This document shows positions 42,880 through 54,938 of a DNA stretch of 64,000 bases, in pieces (position 1 is the first letter of the stretch; every line of letters begins with the position of its first letter). Below the pieces are notes generated by a model. It was not told the DNA's origin and did no database searches. It saw only the letters and a program-made list of their open reading frames with translations. This DNA comes from Eledone cirrhosa (Eukaryota). The position numbers were made by a program, and so were the translations under genes. The stretch is taken from positions 246,760,001 to 246,824,000 of the forward strand of contig OZ024740.1 in assembly GCA_964016885.1 (NCBI GenBank), written 5' to 3'.

Positions 42880-43504
42880 ATTAGAATTGGAGCTCTGAAA
42901 TAGCAATATATATATATGGATGTATATATAATGTATTTTGCAATACACTTTATGCTTAATTAAAAGCATTTTGAAGACCGTATGCTATTGGTTTAGAGTA
43001 GTGACAAATTCACTTACTTTAATCTCAGCAAACAGGGGGAGATAAGCCGACAAGGGCCTTGTTTCGCTTTTGTTGAAGCTTATCAAGGCTAACTATCCCT
43101 CCTGTCTACTGAGATTACTGATGTTATATTCTTATAGAATTCTAGTAAATAATCAGGAGCTGATTATACAGAGCGATTGTTGGTCAGGCAGAAATTGAAA
43201 ATTAGAATTGGAGCTCGGAAATAGCAATATATGCCAGACCAACAATCGCTCTGTATAATCAGCTCCTGATTATTTACTAGAATTCTATAAGAATATAACA
43301 TCAGTAATCTCAGTAGACAGGAGGGGTAGTTAGCCTTGATAAGCTTCAACAAAAGCGAAACAAGGCCCTTGTCGGCTTATCTCCCCTGTTTGCTGAGATT
43401 AAAGTAAGTGAATTTGTCACTACTCTAAACCAATAGCATACGGTCTTCAAAATGCTTTTAATTAAGCATAAAGTGTATTGCAAAATACATTATATATACA
43501 TCCA
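42880..43504. repeat. Fold-back element: ~270-bp inverted arms (42917-43188 and 43232-43504); the spacer repeats the sequence preceding the left arm
   Basis: Arms nearly identical; attagaattggagctc.gaaatagcaatata at ~42880 and ~43201. Confidence 0.92.
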
Positions 43505-43505
43505 A

Positions 43506-43541
<36 letters not shown>

Positions 43542-43549
<8 letters not shown>

Positions 43550-43755
43550 GATAAATCAAAGTGAATTTAATCTAAATCAAAACTATGGGTGTCATGCCAG
43601 AAAGGCATGCGCCATATCACCCGTAAAATAAGCTCCAAGATTCTAATGAATTAGAATCTTGGAGCTTATTTTACGGGTGATATGGCGCATGCCTTTCTGG
43701 CATGACACCCATAGTTTTGATTTAGATTAAATTCACTTTGATTTATCTTAATTTT
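43542..43755. repeat. Perfect palindrome with 106-bp arms and a 2-nt loop, abutting (TA)n
   Basis: Centre ttctaat-ga-attagaa at 43641-43656. Confidence 0.95.
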
Positions 43756-43769
43756 GGATATAGATATAT

Positions 43770-44196
43770 AAATACGGCTCCTTAATTGTAGAGCTAACTC
43801 TGATGAAATGACTTGACTGTTGTTTCTAGTTGTCGATAACCCTATTCACGCCACTGGGACGAAGCTGGTATGTGTGTATTTTTAGTAGATACAGCACGTG
43901 TTACTGGCCAGTCGCTGATTTGAACTTAATGCGTAAACACAGATGGCTGGACTTCTTCCTTGTTGAAAATCCAAGTATCGGCCTCCGTAGTTTACCATTC
44001 GATTAATTGGTGAAATATATTTCTTTAATGGAATATATACAGGGAAAATTAATCATATTATAAGGTATCTATTTTTGAAGTTCTAGTTAACTTTATTTAG
44101 TTACCTACCTAGCTATGTGTGCTTACACACTTGTAAAAACTATCCCCTGTGATTGTTTCATATGTTTATTTATATGTTAATCAATTTCTAGTTGTT
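43770..44196 (+). repeat. Non-coding interspersed unit ending in a short TA run; homologous to 54621-54908
   Basis: Shared gattaattggtgaaatatatttctttaatgg and tatatgttaatcaat.tctagtt.ttatata. Confidence 0.75.
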
Positions 44197-44212
44197 ATAT
44201 ATATATGTATGT

Positions 44213-44323
<111 letters not shown>

Positions 44324-45424
44324 TGTGTGTGTTCATCGCCAGGGAGCGTCTCCACGAACCAAAGTATCGTGTTCCTGTTTTCCTTCGGTTGCCACGTTTT
44401 TCGTAATAATTACTTCTGCGTTCACAGATTGATTTTTTTAGTTTCAGAAGATCCTGTTAAGAGTGAAAGCATCAATTCTTTGCTTAAACTTTAATCTGTT
44501 ATTTAAATATATATATATATAACTAAAAGTCTGTGATTGATTGCTTGCTTGTCTGTAATGTAATACTGCAAAAAGGGCGCCTAATGGGAAAATACTTTGA
44601 AAGGAAATTGCCCCTGAAATGGGAATACAAATGGAATAAAACAAGTTTCGCGTAAATCGAAGCACGGGTTCCCGAGATACAGGGTTTTCTGGCTACCTTC
44701 ATAAACAGAGAGAGAGGTAGAGAGAGAGAGAGCGAGAGAGAGAGAGAGAGTGAGAGAGAGAGAGATAGTGTCTGTGGGAGAGTAGATTGAAAGAAAGACA
44801 TAGAGAGAGGGAGAGGATACAGAGAACGAGAATGGAAGAGAGTGAGAGCTGATAGTGTTTTGTGTCTATATTATTAATAATTATTAATTAATTCCATTGT
44901 GCAATGCCTGTGCGTGAAGATATTTTTTAAAGTGAGGAAAGACTGTGCACTGAGCCAATCCCACTCACTGAGCGACAGTAGCTATAACTCGAAAAGAAGA
45001 AAGGATCAACATCATCGGTAACTACAGAGCCGCAGGATTTATATCGGAGTTATCCCAGTTTCCTGAGTTCCCTTCTCCTAGAAGAATGCCCTGACAAAGG
45101 CTAGGGGTCCTTCATCTCAGTGGTTTAACTACGCGGTACATGAGTATATACATATTTACACACTTTTGGATGGCATTTGACTCTTATGAGTTCTTCGACC
45201 TTTTGTCAGGTTTTGTTTTTTGTCCTGCAGGGTGTCCAAAATAACCCTCTTCACCAAGTAAACTTGGTGGGGTTGCCAATTAGGTCGCCGACGACCCGAC
45301 CATGCGACATGTTGTACTGGGTTACATGTTACCAGTAGCACTCAAGAGTGACCCGACATAATAATACATACATACACACATATATACATACATACATACA
45401 TACATACATAAATACATACATACA

Positions 45425-48400
45425 ACGCGATTAGTCGCATATTTTGGCGTGGGAGACTATTTATTAAATTTAAGATGAATACTATCCCCGACAGTAATGC
45501 CACAACTACAGTCATGTTGAATAACTGGTTATTCTTCTAACTAGATCTTCTGAAGACACCTTTTATTCGAATTCATAGAGATATCCGACTAAATACATAA
45601 TACATTTTACAAGGACTTGTTAAAAACAGCATGGCTGAACACAACATCAACAACAAAATTAAGGAAGTATCTCAGACAAACAACAAGAAAGGTAAACAAA
45701 CTTTATTCAGTTGTAGCTACAGAAGAAACCGAAATTATAAATCGCATTTCTCTTGGAGTTGCGAACTTAATAATGATTTATTTAATTGTTATAAAATGGC
45801 AAAAAACAATCCCTCCATTGGCTATATGAACAGAATGAAGCTACACTGGGACGAAATGCACCCAGAGCTAAATTATTTCACAGCGAAACAATTACGCCAA
45901 CAAGCGATGTTTGTTGAACGTAAAAATAAGATAAATATTATTAATTGTAAGTCCACCACAACAAACATGTTATCAACAACACGTGCTACAGGTCGCCATG
46001 CTACTAGATTTCCTAGCAGCCAGGTCCAACAGCGCCTTGAAACAACTATGCCTGTAAGAAACTTGACACCACCTGTACCATCTAAGTCTACCTCAAATGC
46101 TGGGGAAAACACTATCGACAATAATAATAATCGAAGAAATTTGACACCACGTGTTCCATCCGAGTCTACCTCGACTGTTGTAGAAAATACTATCGATAAT
46201 GATAATAATCAAAAGTATAAACAATTGAAAATTTCCTTCAAGGAAATCTTCCAGGGAGAAATTAATTCATGTATAAATATCTCTCTTGCTGAACGTATTA
46301 AAACGACAATGTTTAATAAAAAACCAAATAATGAAATATTACGTGTTATTGACGAAATAGGGGATGAATATTTACGACAGATAAAAACCCCAACATTTTG
46401 GTAAATCAACACCTGTGTATATGCCTCAGCAACGTCAGTGAAGCATTATCTTGGTGATAGCAGAGATATTAACAAGAACAGAACACCACCAAAAATACCA
46501 TCATATATAAGTAAAATAGAAAAAAAGATTGCTGACCTACAAAAAACCATAGGATATGTGACAATGCTCCTTACATGCAAAAAAACACAAAAAAACCTCA
46601 CTCCTCATCAACAAAGAGTGAAAAATAAAATAGAGACGAGGTTTGGTAACAGTAGACCCAGAACTCTTCAATATAAGCTGATGACCCTCAAACTAGAATT
46701 GAGAGCTGTTAGCGAAAAACGCCGATACCTGAAGAAGGTAGATGAGAGAAAAGTGATTAATAAAAGATTCAGACGAAACCAAACATCAGTCTATAGAGAT
46801 ATGAAGGGCAAAATAATAAGTGTCACTGAAGCCCAGAAAGACAGATTCCTTTTGGAGCAAAATATGGGATGAAAAGAAGAATTTCAACCAAGATGTAGTG
46901 TGGCTAAGAGAAATCCGAAAGAACTATTGCTTCTACACTACAACAAAAACATACGAAATAAGTGAGGGTACCTTTCAGACTGTGATAAGAAAACACCAGG
47001 AAGAGACATGATTGTCGGCTACTGGTACAAAAAACTGATATTCTATCGGAGGAATCTTACTGACGTCTACCAACAAGTTCTTAAGGGAGATACACTTATA
47101 CCAGAATGGTTGACATTAGTACAAACGTTACTGGTCCCCAAGAACAAAGACACCCACTTGGCAAAAAACTACCGACCCATTGCATGCCAGAACCTGATGT
47201 ATAAGATGTATACAGCCTGCCTGAATCTATTCCTCCAAGATCACTGTGAAAATAATAACATCATCACAGATGAACAAGCAGCTGGAAAGAAAGGGGTTTG
47301 GGGATGTGCTGAACAACTCCTAATCAACAAAACTGCGATGGCGGAGGTGCGACAACTTAGGAGGAATATGGCTACAGTCTGGCTGGACTACAGGAAAGCT
47401 TTCGATTCTGTTCCCCACTCTTGGATGATAGAGGCCATCCAATTTGCTAAAGTCCCAGACATTACTGTCAGAGCCATATAGAGGCTGTCTTCTTCTTGGG
47501 ATACTATCCTAAGGTTAAAGACAGAGAGGGAGGATTCTATTTTCACTGATAAAATAAAATATTGCAGGGGTATATTTCAGGGGGTCAGTCTCTCTGTGAT
47601 ATTATTCATCTTCTCAGTAAACCTCTTGTCCTTTCTGTTCAAGAAATGTGAGGGATACATCATTGGCTCACGGGAGGACAGAAATACGAACCTAACCCAT
47701 AATTTCTTTGTGGACGATCTGAAACTCTATGCCAAGAACATTGATGAAAAAAAATCTTGACCTGGTTACAACGTTCTCAAAGGATATAGGAATGAAGTTT
47801 GGCCAAGATAAATGCTCATACATGACTGTAAAGCGGGGAAAAACAACAATACAATCTAGCAACATTGTCATCAATGGCCTAATGGTTTCACCGATATCTG
47901 ATGAGGATTGCTACAGATACCTGGAGATAGATGAGAACATATCCTATGATGGTATCTGTAATAAAGAATGCGTAACCAGGGAATACTACACCCGATTAAG
48001 AAAGATCTGGTCAACGGAACTCTCAGCGCAAAACAAAACAGTGGCTCACAATGTGTTTGCTGTGCCTGTCCTAACACCAACGTTTGGAATACTCAATTGG
48101 ACGATAGACGAAATCCGAGCAGTTGATGTTGGAACTCGAAAAATACTAAACAACACCGGAAACTTCCACATCAACAGTGACATAGACCGCCTTTACTTGA
48201 AACGTAAGCAGGGAGGGAGAGGCCTAACATCAGTCCAGACAACATTTGAATGTCACATCATATCTCTCCGACAACATCTACGAACCACGAAGCGTAGGAG
48301 CCCATTTCTCGAGCAAGTCTATCTGCAGGAAACAGATAAGATCATGAGAATTGGGAAGGAACTCCTTGAGAGATATTCCCTGTGTGATAATCAAAACTCA

Positions 48401-49497
48401 CACCCAGGGATGTCGCTCAGCAGTATCGCAGTGAATCCATGGATGAAAAACTGCATGCCTATCAGCAAAAAATTATGCATGGATATGTTGCCAGGAAGCT
48501 CCAGAGTGAGAGTAATATAGATAAGGAAAGTAGTCTATCTTGGACCAACAACCGCTATATTGGCTCCCACTTTGAAGGATACGCTTTTGCAATCCAGGAA
48601 CAGGAGATTAGCACGAAATACCTGATTCACAAAAGAGATAGGGATGCAGGCAAAACACCTAGATGTGATAACAAGTGCAGACTCTGCAGAACTAACATCG
48701 AGGATATCACCCATGTCATCAGCAGCTGTCCAAAGATGTCATCGCGGTACTATCTACCTATGAGGCATGATGTAGTGGACAAAACACTTTCCAATGCAGT
48801 TCGTAAAAAAGATAGCCCCGATAATAAACACATTGAAAGCTACAGCAATGTGGAAGACATCCATGTACATAATATGAAAGAGTACTGGTGGAATGTTCCA
48901 GTAAAAAACCCAATAAAATGCAGGCATAATAGACCAGATATTATGATATGGGACAGTGAGAAGAAAGCATGCACAGTAGTGGAAATTAGCTGCTCAGCAG
49001 ATGCCAATATAATATCAAAGATTAGTGAAAAGGAGAACATTTATGCAGAACTGATGAGAAATCTGTAGATACTCCTCCATGATTACACCTTCAGATTTAT
49101 GCCTGTGATTATTGGGGCACTGGGGTATGTTAGTAACTGCCTCAATACAAATCTTGAGAAGCTAGGCTTCTCAGGAACAGAAAGAACACAACTAGTTAGG
49201 AAATTACAAGTACAATCCATTAATGGAACAGTAAAAATATGTAAGACATTCCAAAAATTTTACATCTAATAACTGCATATACACATATACAGATGCAAAG
49301 CATATACACGTGCACACATACAACTCAAAACATCCACATCCACACATACAACAACATCCACATATACACATGCAGACATGCATACATAATCTACCTAGTT
49401 GATGTTGTGTAAATTCCAATGAGAGAGTCTTGTGTCTATGTTATAAACCGACTCTCTCTCTATTGGTAACAATTTGTTAAATTATTAAATCAGAAGA
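45425..49497 (+). mobile_element. R4/Dong-clade RLE non-LTR retrotransposon, near full length, pseudogenised, flanked by (CATA)n
   Basis: KNYRPIAC, WLDYRKAFDSVPH, GIFQG, FVDDLKLY, DRLYLKRKQGGRGL, CRLC..EDITHVISSC and HNRPDIMIWD..VVEISC motifs; several stops and frameshifts. Confidence 0.9.
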
Positions 49498-50049
49498 ACA
49501 TACATACATATAAATCTACACATGCATATACATATATACATGGACGTATTTTGACCGGGATCGGGTTTTTCAGTTATTAAAATGATTTCACCTAAAGTTG
49601 TCTTATTTGCGAAAAAATAAAATAAAAGTAAAAGTTAGTTAATATTTTTTTTTAAAACATTTTTTTCACCTATTTTTGTGAGAGTTATTGTCTGAGATGC
49701 AAATGTGTCTACAACTTATGCTAAATCAATATTTCTCTCGTAATAAATGTGAATCAGTGCGAGGGAATCTTTCTTGACTCATATATGCTCTTACATATTT
49801 ATGAAGTCGTCTCCATGAGCTGAAGGGCGATTCACAGTTAGTGATGAGAAGGCTTGAAGCAATTTGAATAAGTACGCATAGTTTGAAGAAACATTTGTAT
49901 CGCATACTTTAGCAGTATTTGCACAAGTAGGCGGAATATCTTGAACCTTATTCCTTAATAAAATTGTTGTGAGCTGGTTACCAGAGGGAATAACTTCTGA
50001 TAAGGATCTATTTTATTGTTGTTTTTTCAAACCCTGCGAGTAGAATGGC

Positions 50050-50560
50050 GAATACATTACAAAGGAAAATGGCAAGGGAGATGCGCTGAAAGAGCCAGTT
50101 TAACAATTATACTTGCAGCTATCCTTCTGAAGACATTGCTTACAGCAATGGTCCTTATTCAACCTCCTTCTTCCCTTGAGTGGTTATGTTGAATGAAAAG
50201 AAAGAGTGAAAACTTTAGGGGCTCAAAACCCCGTCGATGTGTCTGCTGGTGACGATTGGCTTCCACAGTGTGGAATGACACCAAGTCTTTGATGTAACAA
50301 AATCGGAGGCCAAGAATACCTCTGTTATTGCTTATGGTGAAGGATATCAAGACAGATATGATATCTTCTTTAGAGACTTCATACAGAAGATGAGGATTTT
50401 GTTGAGGTATGGGTCGGAGTCAGCAGATGGTTCAGGGTGCTTAAGCCGCAAAGTGGTCAAAACTTCCTCAGCGAGGCGAAGGAAGTTGTCATCTGTGGTG
50501 ATCACTCTGAGCAGGTGAGACGGCGTTTACACGGCTATGTAGATGGACCCAAAACAGTGG
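50050..50560 (-). mobile_element. CRE-clade RT N-terminal fragment, degenerate
   Basis: LRLKHPEP, GILGLRFCYIKDL and EGG*IRTIAVSNVFRRIAA (compare KKDGGIRPIAVG..RRL). Confidence 0.7.
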
Positions 50561-50639
50561 TGTCTGTACTAAATAGAAATTTAATCATACCTATATATAT
50601 CGATCGACTTTCGTCAAATCGGACCGAGTAAACAATGTT

Positions 50640-50812
50640 TTCGACGGTCTTTCCAGTTGCTAGTACTATCTATCGGTCGCAACTCCAGGAAGAAGGAGCA
50701 ACGTGAAATAAAGTGTCTTGCTCAAGGACATAACGCATCGCCCGGTCCAGGAATCGAACACACAAGCTCAAGATTGTGAATCCAATTCTCCAACCACTTA
50801 GCCACACGCCTT
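50640..50812 (-). mobile_element. Second tRNA-type SINE family
   Basis: tRNA-like head (gtggctaagtggtt...gttcgattcc) followed by ccttgagcaagacacttt. Confidence 0.7.
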
Positions 50813-52560
50813 CATAAATCATATCTATAATAATGTTAAATGATCAAGACGAAGCGAGAATGTATTTAAATATATATAAACATGAAAAAATTCATCGCTA
50901 AGACAGTCATCAAAACAGCCAAATGCTGTCAAAGGCAAAAATGGCTCCGAGGGGGGATGACAGGCAGATGAAATAGAGGTCCACTATCCTGTTATTTTCC
51001 TATCTTTTGTTTGTCTCTTTCGTCCCTCTATTTGTGTTGTGTGTTTTATCACACACATCATACCACCAGAAAGATTTGTTTTTCTATTGTACGATCCAGC
51101 ATTCTAAAATGGTACTTTCAATTAAATCGTGCGAAACCATTTTGCTGGTTTGGAAGCTGATGAATGTGAAGATGGGTGTGTGTGAGTAAACTTGTCTTGT
51201 ACATTACCTTTCTTTATTTTCTTCTTCCAGTCACCTCTATGCGTCAACACATTTCACCTTGTCCTCCGCCTCTTTAAATCCTTTCTATATTTCATCTGTC
51301 TGTGACCCGCCTCGTGGATTGTCTCTCTGTCTGATTTGTCTGTCTATATAATTCCATGCTTCTCACTCTTTCCTATTCACAGATATAAACATGATGGAAA
51401 TCAATTTATACATACGCGCTCACACACACGCACACATGCACGCACAGAACTGATCTTGAATTGCTCAAATTGCCAAATAGCACAATTCCAGCCTAAATCT
51501 ACATCCATTATCGGTACCAAACACTTTAAATACCCCACCCAGGCCATATTGATCGCCCCAGACACCCAGAGAGACGATCCTTCACTCACTTTTGATGCCG
51601 GATTCCAAAGAACAGCTTTCAAATGCAATTCCATTAGTGACGGATGGATGCAGTTTTGGGCAAAACGCTAAATGTCGGGCGGAGATTGATTTTTCAGGTG
51701 AACAGACCAGTCGGAAACCATTTACCAAAATTATGTGAAAACCCCTAATTTCTTTTTTTACCTTTTCCTTTATTTTCAAGGTTTGGGCGTCGACTTCTAT
51801 TGCTTTCTGTTCGTTATTATCAAATACTCCTTTCTAATGTTCTTCCAGACAAGAAAAAAAGGATGTATAAACTTCACAAAAAAATGTATAAAGCATCTTT
51901 TTTGCATTTTACAATTTTTAAGTGAAAAAGAGGAGAATTTTGCATTTTCTTGTTTTTTTCTCCCCTTTTTATTTATTTATATTAATTACTTCTCTGTAAA
52001 ATTCTTTCAGAAAGAAAGAAAACAAAAACATTTCCTCAATTTAGCTACAGTGCCGAGTCTTACTGCATTCCTGCATTATAATGGCTAAATAAATTGTTTT
52101 TTTACTTTTCTTAATGTCATAATTACTGCTCAATGCATCATGTTTCTAGGTTCAAGTCTGAATGAAACCAACTGTGTGTTTAAACAGTTATTTTTGTCCT
52201 AAAATATATACCAGTAAGTTATAGTAGTAGTGGATTTTCCGCCAGTAACAACGATGAGCATTCAGTTGCTTGACCAACTGAAATCTTACTTTTAAAATAA
52301 ACGGAAAGTGGTTGAGTATTCCCCAATCGCCTATTCCCATAACGCAATTCTCAGATCGAATTAATGCAACACAACGTATACCAGTAGGTGATGGTGCATC
52401 TTCTGTCGATTTCGACGATGAGCTTTCAGCTCTGTAACTAACTGAATATCTATTCATGAAATTGACGTTTGAATGGCTGAGTATTCCAGAGGAACTTGTA
52501 CTCTTAATGCAATTCCCAAGACGAATCAATGTGTCAAAATGTGACAAGGTGATACATTAC

Positions 52561-52617
<57 letters not shown>

Positions 52618-52620
<3 letters not shown>

Positions 52621-52770
52621 GACCTCAGTACCTGATTGGTGTTTCATCGACCTCGAAAGAATAAAAGGCAAAGTTAACCCCGTCGTTCTTTGAGCCATAA
52701 TAGTTGGGCTCTGGAACAAATACTGTAAGGTTGTCTATTCGATGCTAACGATTCTAACAATTCGTCACCT
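52618..52770 (-). mobile_element. Degenerate SINE
   Basis: atcgacctcgaaagaataaaaggcaaagttaacc core. Confidence 0.6.
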
Positions 52771-52945
52771 TACTCGTAATACTCTATATTAGCGTGAACC
52801 GATCACCTATATACTCTGATCCTCCTTTGAAAATAGTAACCCGTTCTTTTGTATAAGGATACAGAAATTTATATTTGACTTCCTAAATTGGAACATATAG
52901 CACTGAGAGAAGAAAACTACCCACGTAGATGGATAAACAAGGAAA

Positions 52946-53039
<94 letters not shown>

Positions 53040-53289
53040 GAGACGTATAGAGATTGTTTTAGCAAGAAGCTAACGGCATTCTATAACATATATGCGACTA
53101 TTACGTCAAAATGGGAAAAGTAGTTAACGAAAGATTTAGGAAAAATAACTCAAACTCATCTCAAAAGAGAATCAGGATACAAATTCATCCACAGAATTTA
53201 GTAAAATCCATGGAAAAATCTATAGACCTTTAACTCATGATAAAACAAAGTTTGAAACACTTATCCTTCAATTTGGAATAACATCAAAT

Positions 53290-53371
53290 GCTCTGTATAG
53301 TCTTAAAAGACTATTTCATGAAAACTTTCAGTGGAGATGGTCACGGTTGGAATATCATTCATCAGCAGAGC
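53290..53371 (-). ncRNA. Full-length type I hammerhead ribozyme
   Basis: Stem I gctctg/cagagc, CTGATGA, stem II atga/tcat, GAAA, stem III atagtct-ttta-agactat, cleavage triplet ATA. Confidence 0.88.
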
Positions 53372-53923
53372 TCAACAGAAAACCAGGGCTCTCACAGTAA
53401 TATAGTCCGAAAAAGGGAATTCTAAAACTGGCTAGTTCGCCCTCATGTGTATTTATGAAAAAGCACATGAGGAAAAAACGGGGCTAGTGACGTCAGGATG
53501 GAAGTGAATGTTTATTTACAAGAAATAGCAGTCAAATACATTCTGAAAAAAAAAAAACTCTACAAGGAGTTCAGCAAAATAGCAATAATTATCACAGTTT
53601 TTATGAAAAAAACCGGGATTAGTCACAGATAGTTTAAGCACTCTAGGAAAAGAATCCGAGTATAAATATAAATGAGACGTATAGAGATTGTTTTAGCAAG
53701 AAGCTAACGGCATTCTATAACATATATGCGACTATAACGTCAAGATGGGAAAAGTAGTTAACGAAAGATTTAGGAAAAATAACTCAAACTCATCTCAAAA
53801 GAGAATCAGGATACAAATTCATCCACAGAATTTAGTAAAATCCATGGAAAAATCTATAGACCTTTAACTCATGATAAAACAAAGTTTGAAACACTTATCC
53901 TTCAATTTGGAATAACATCAAAT

Positions 53924-54005
53924 GCTCTGTATAGTCTTAAAAGACTATTTCATGAAAACTTTCAGTGGAGATGGTCACGGTTGGAATATCATTCATCAGC
54001 AGAGC
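53924..54005 (-). ncRNA. Full-length type I hammerhead ribozyme (second copy)
   Basis: Same sequence as 53290-53371, offset by 634 bp. Confidence 0.88.
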
Positions 54006-54103
54006 TCAACAGAAAACCAGGGCTCTCACAGTAATATAGTCCGAAAAAGGGAATTCTAAAACTGGCTAGTTCGCCCTCATGTGTATTTACCAATTTTGGA
54101 CTT

Positions 54104-54131
<28 letters not shown>

Positions 54132-54139
<8 letters not shown>

Positions 54140-54469
54140 AGATCAAAAGATGGTTAAAGGAGTTCAATATATTTTATTATGCGCATTTCAAAAACAAACA
54201 TCATCAAACAATAATATTTGTGTTTTCATCAGATAAAACAGGAGAACATGATATGAAGGCTAAAAAAACACTTGTTGATAGTGCAGTTTTAAATCAACAT
54301 ATGTTGATTTAAAACTGCACTATCAACAAGTGTTTTTTTAGCCTTCATATCATGTTCTCCTGTTTTATCTGATGAAAACACAAATATTATTGTTTGATGA
54401 TGTTTGTTTTTGAAATGCGCATAATAAAATATATTGAACTCCTTTAACCATCTTTTGATCTTATATTAT
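54132..54469. repeat. Perfect 338-bp palindrome (no loop) with an HHR in each arm
   Basis: Centre aaatcaacat|atgttgattt at 54300/54301. Confidence 0.95.
54361..54431 (+). ncRNA. Type I minimal hammerhead ribozyme; mirror copy at 54170-54240 on the - strand
   Basis: Stem I tgttttat/ataaaata, CTGATGA, ~15-bp stem II, GAAA, palindromic ATGCGCAT, cleavage predicted after 54423. Confidence 0.85.
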
Positions 54470-54553
54470 GCATACTCCAGTCCCACATACTGTAGAGTGC
54501 TTCTTATCCGATATCTGCATTGCTTTATTGTACTACAATAAAACTCACCTCCT

Positions 54554-54621
<68 letters not shown>

Positions 54622-54904
54622 CTAAGTCCAAAATTGGTAACGGATAGTTGTAGATTTGATCTCTCTCTGTAAGCACGAATAGCTGGAAATTATCACTTCC
54701 TTGTTGACAATCCAATAATATCCACTTTCCGTGACTTACCATCTGATTAATTGGTGAAATATATTTCTTTAATGGGATATATACAAGGAGGGTTAATCAC
54801 ACTTAAAGGTAAATATGCCTAAACTAGCTATGCGCGGTTACACGCAAGCAAAAATTATCTCCTGTGATTATTCATGTATTTTTATATGTTAATCAATCTC
54901 TAGT

Positions 54905-54938
<34 letters not shown>

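Larger units (their letters stand above)
53033..54089 (-). mobile_element. Retrozyme-like partial tandem repeat: 634-bp period, ~423 bp duplicated, one HHR per copy
   Basis: 53033-53455 is nearly identical to 53667-54089; no ORF; the minus-strand 3' end runs into (TA)n. Confidence 0.85.

Noticed and set aside
43800-43850. CTGATGA...gtcGATA candidate hammerhead
   Set aside because: Core reads GATA instead of GAAA and there is no stem I partner
50127-50155. CTGAAGA plus cattgc/gcaatg hairpin
   Set aside because: No GAAA, and it lies in CRE coding sequence on the opposite strand
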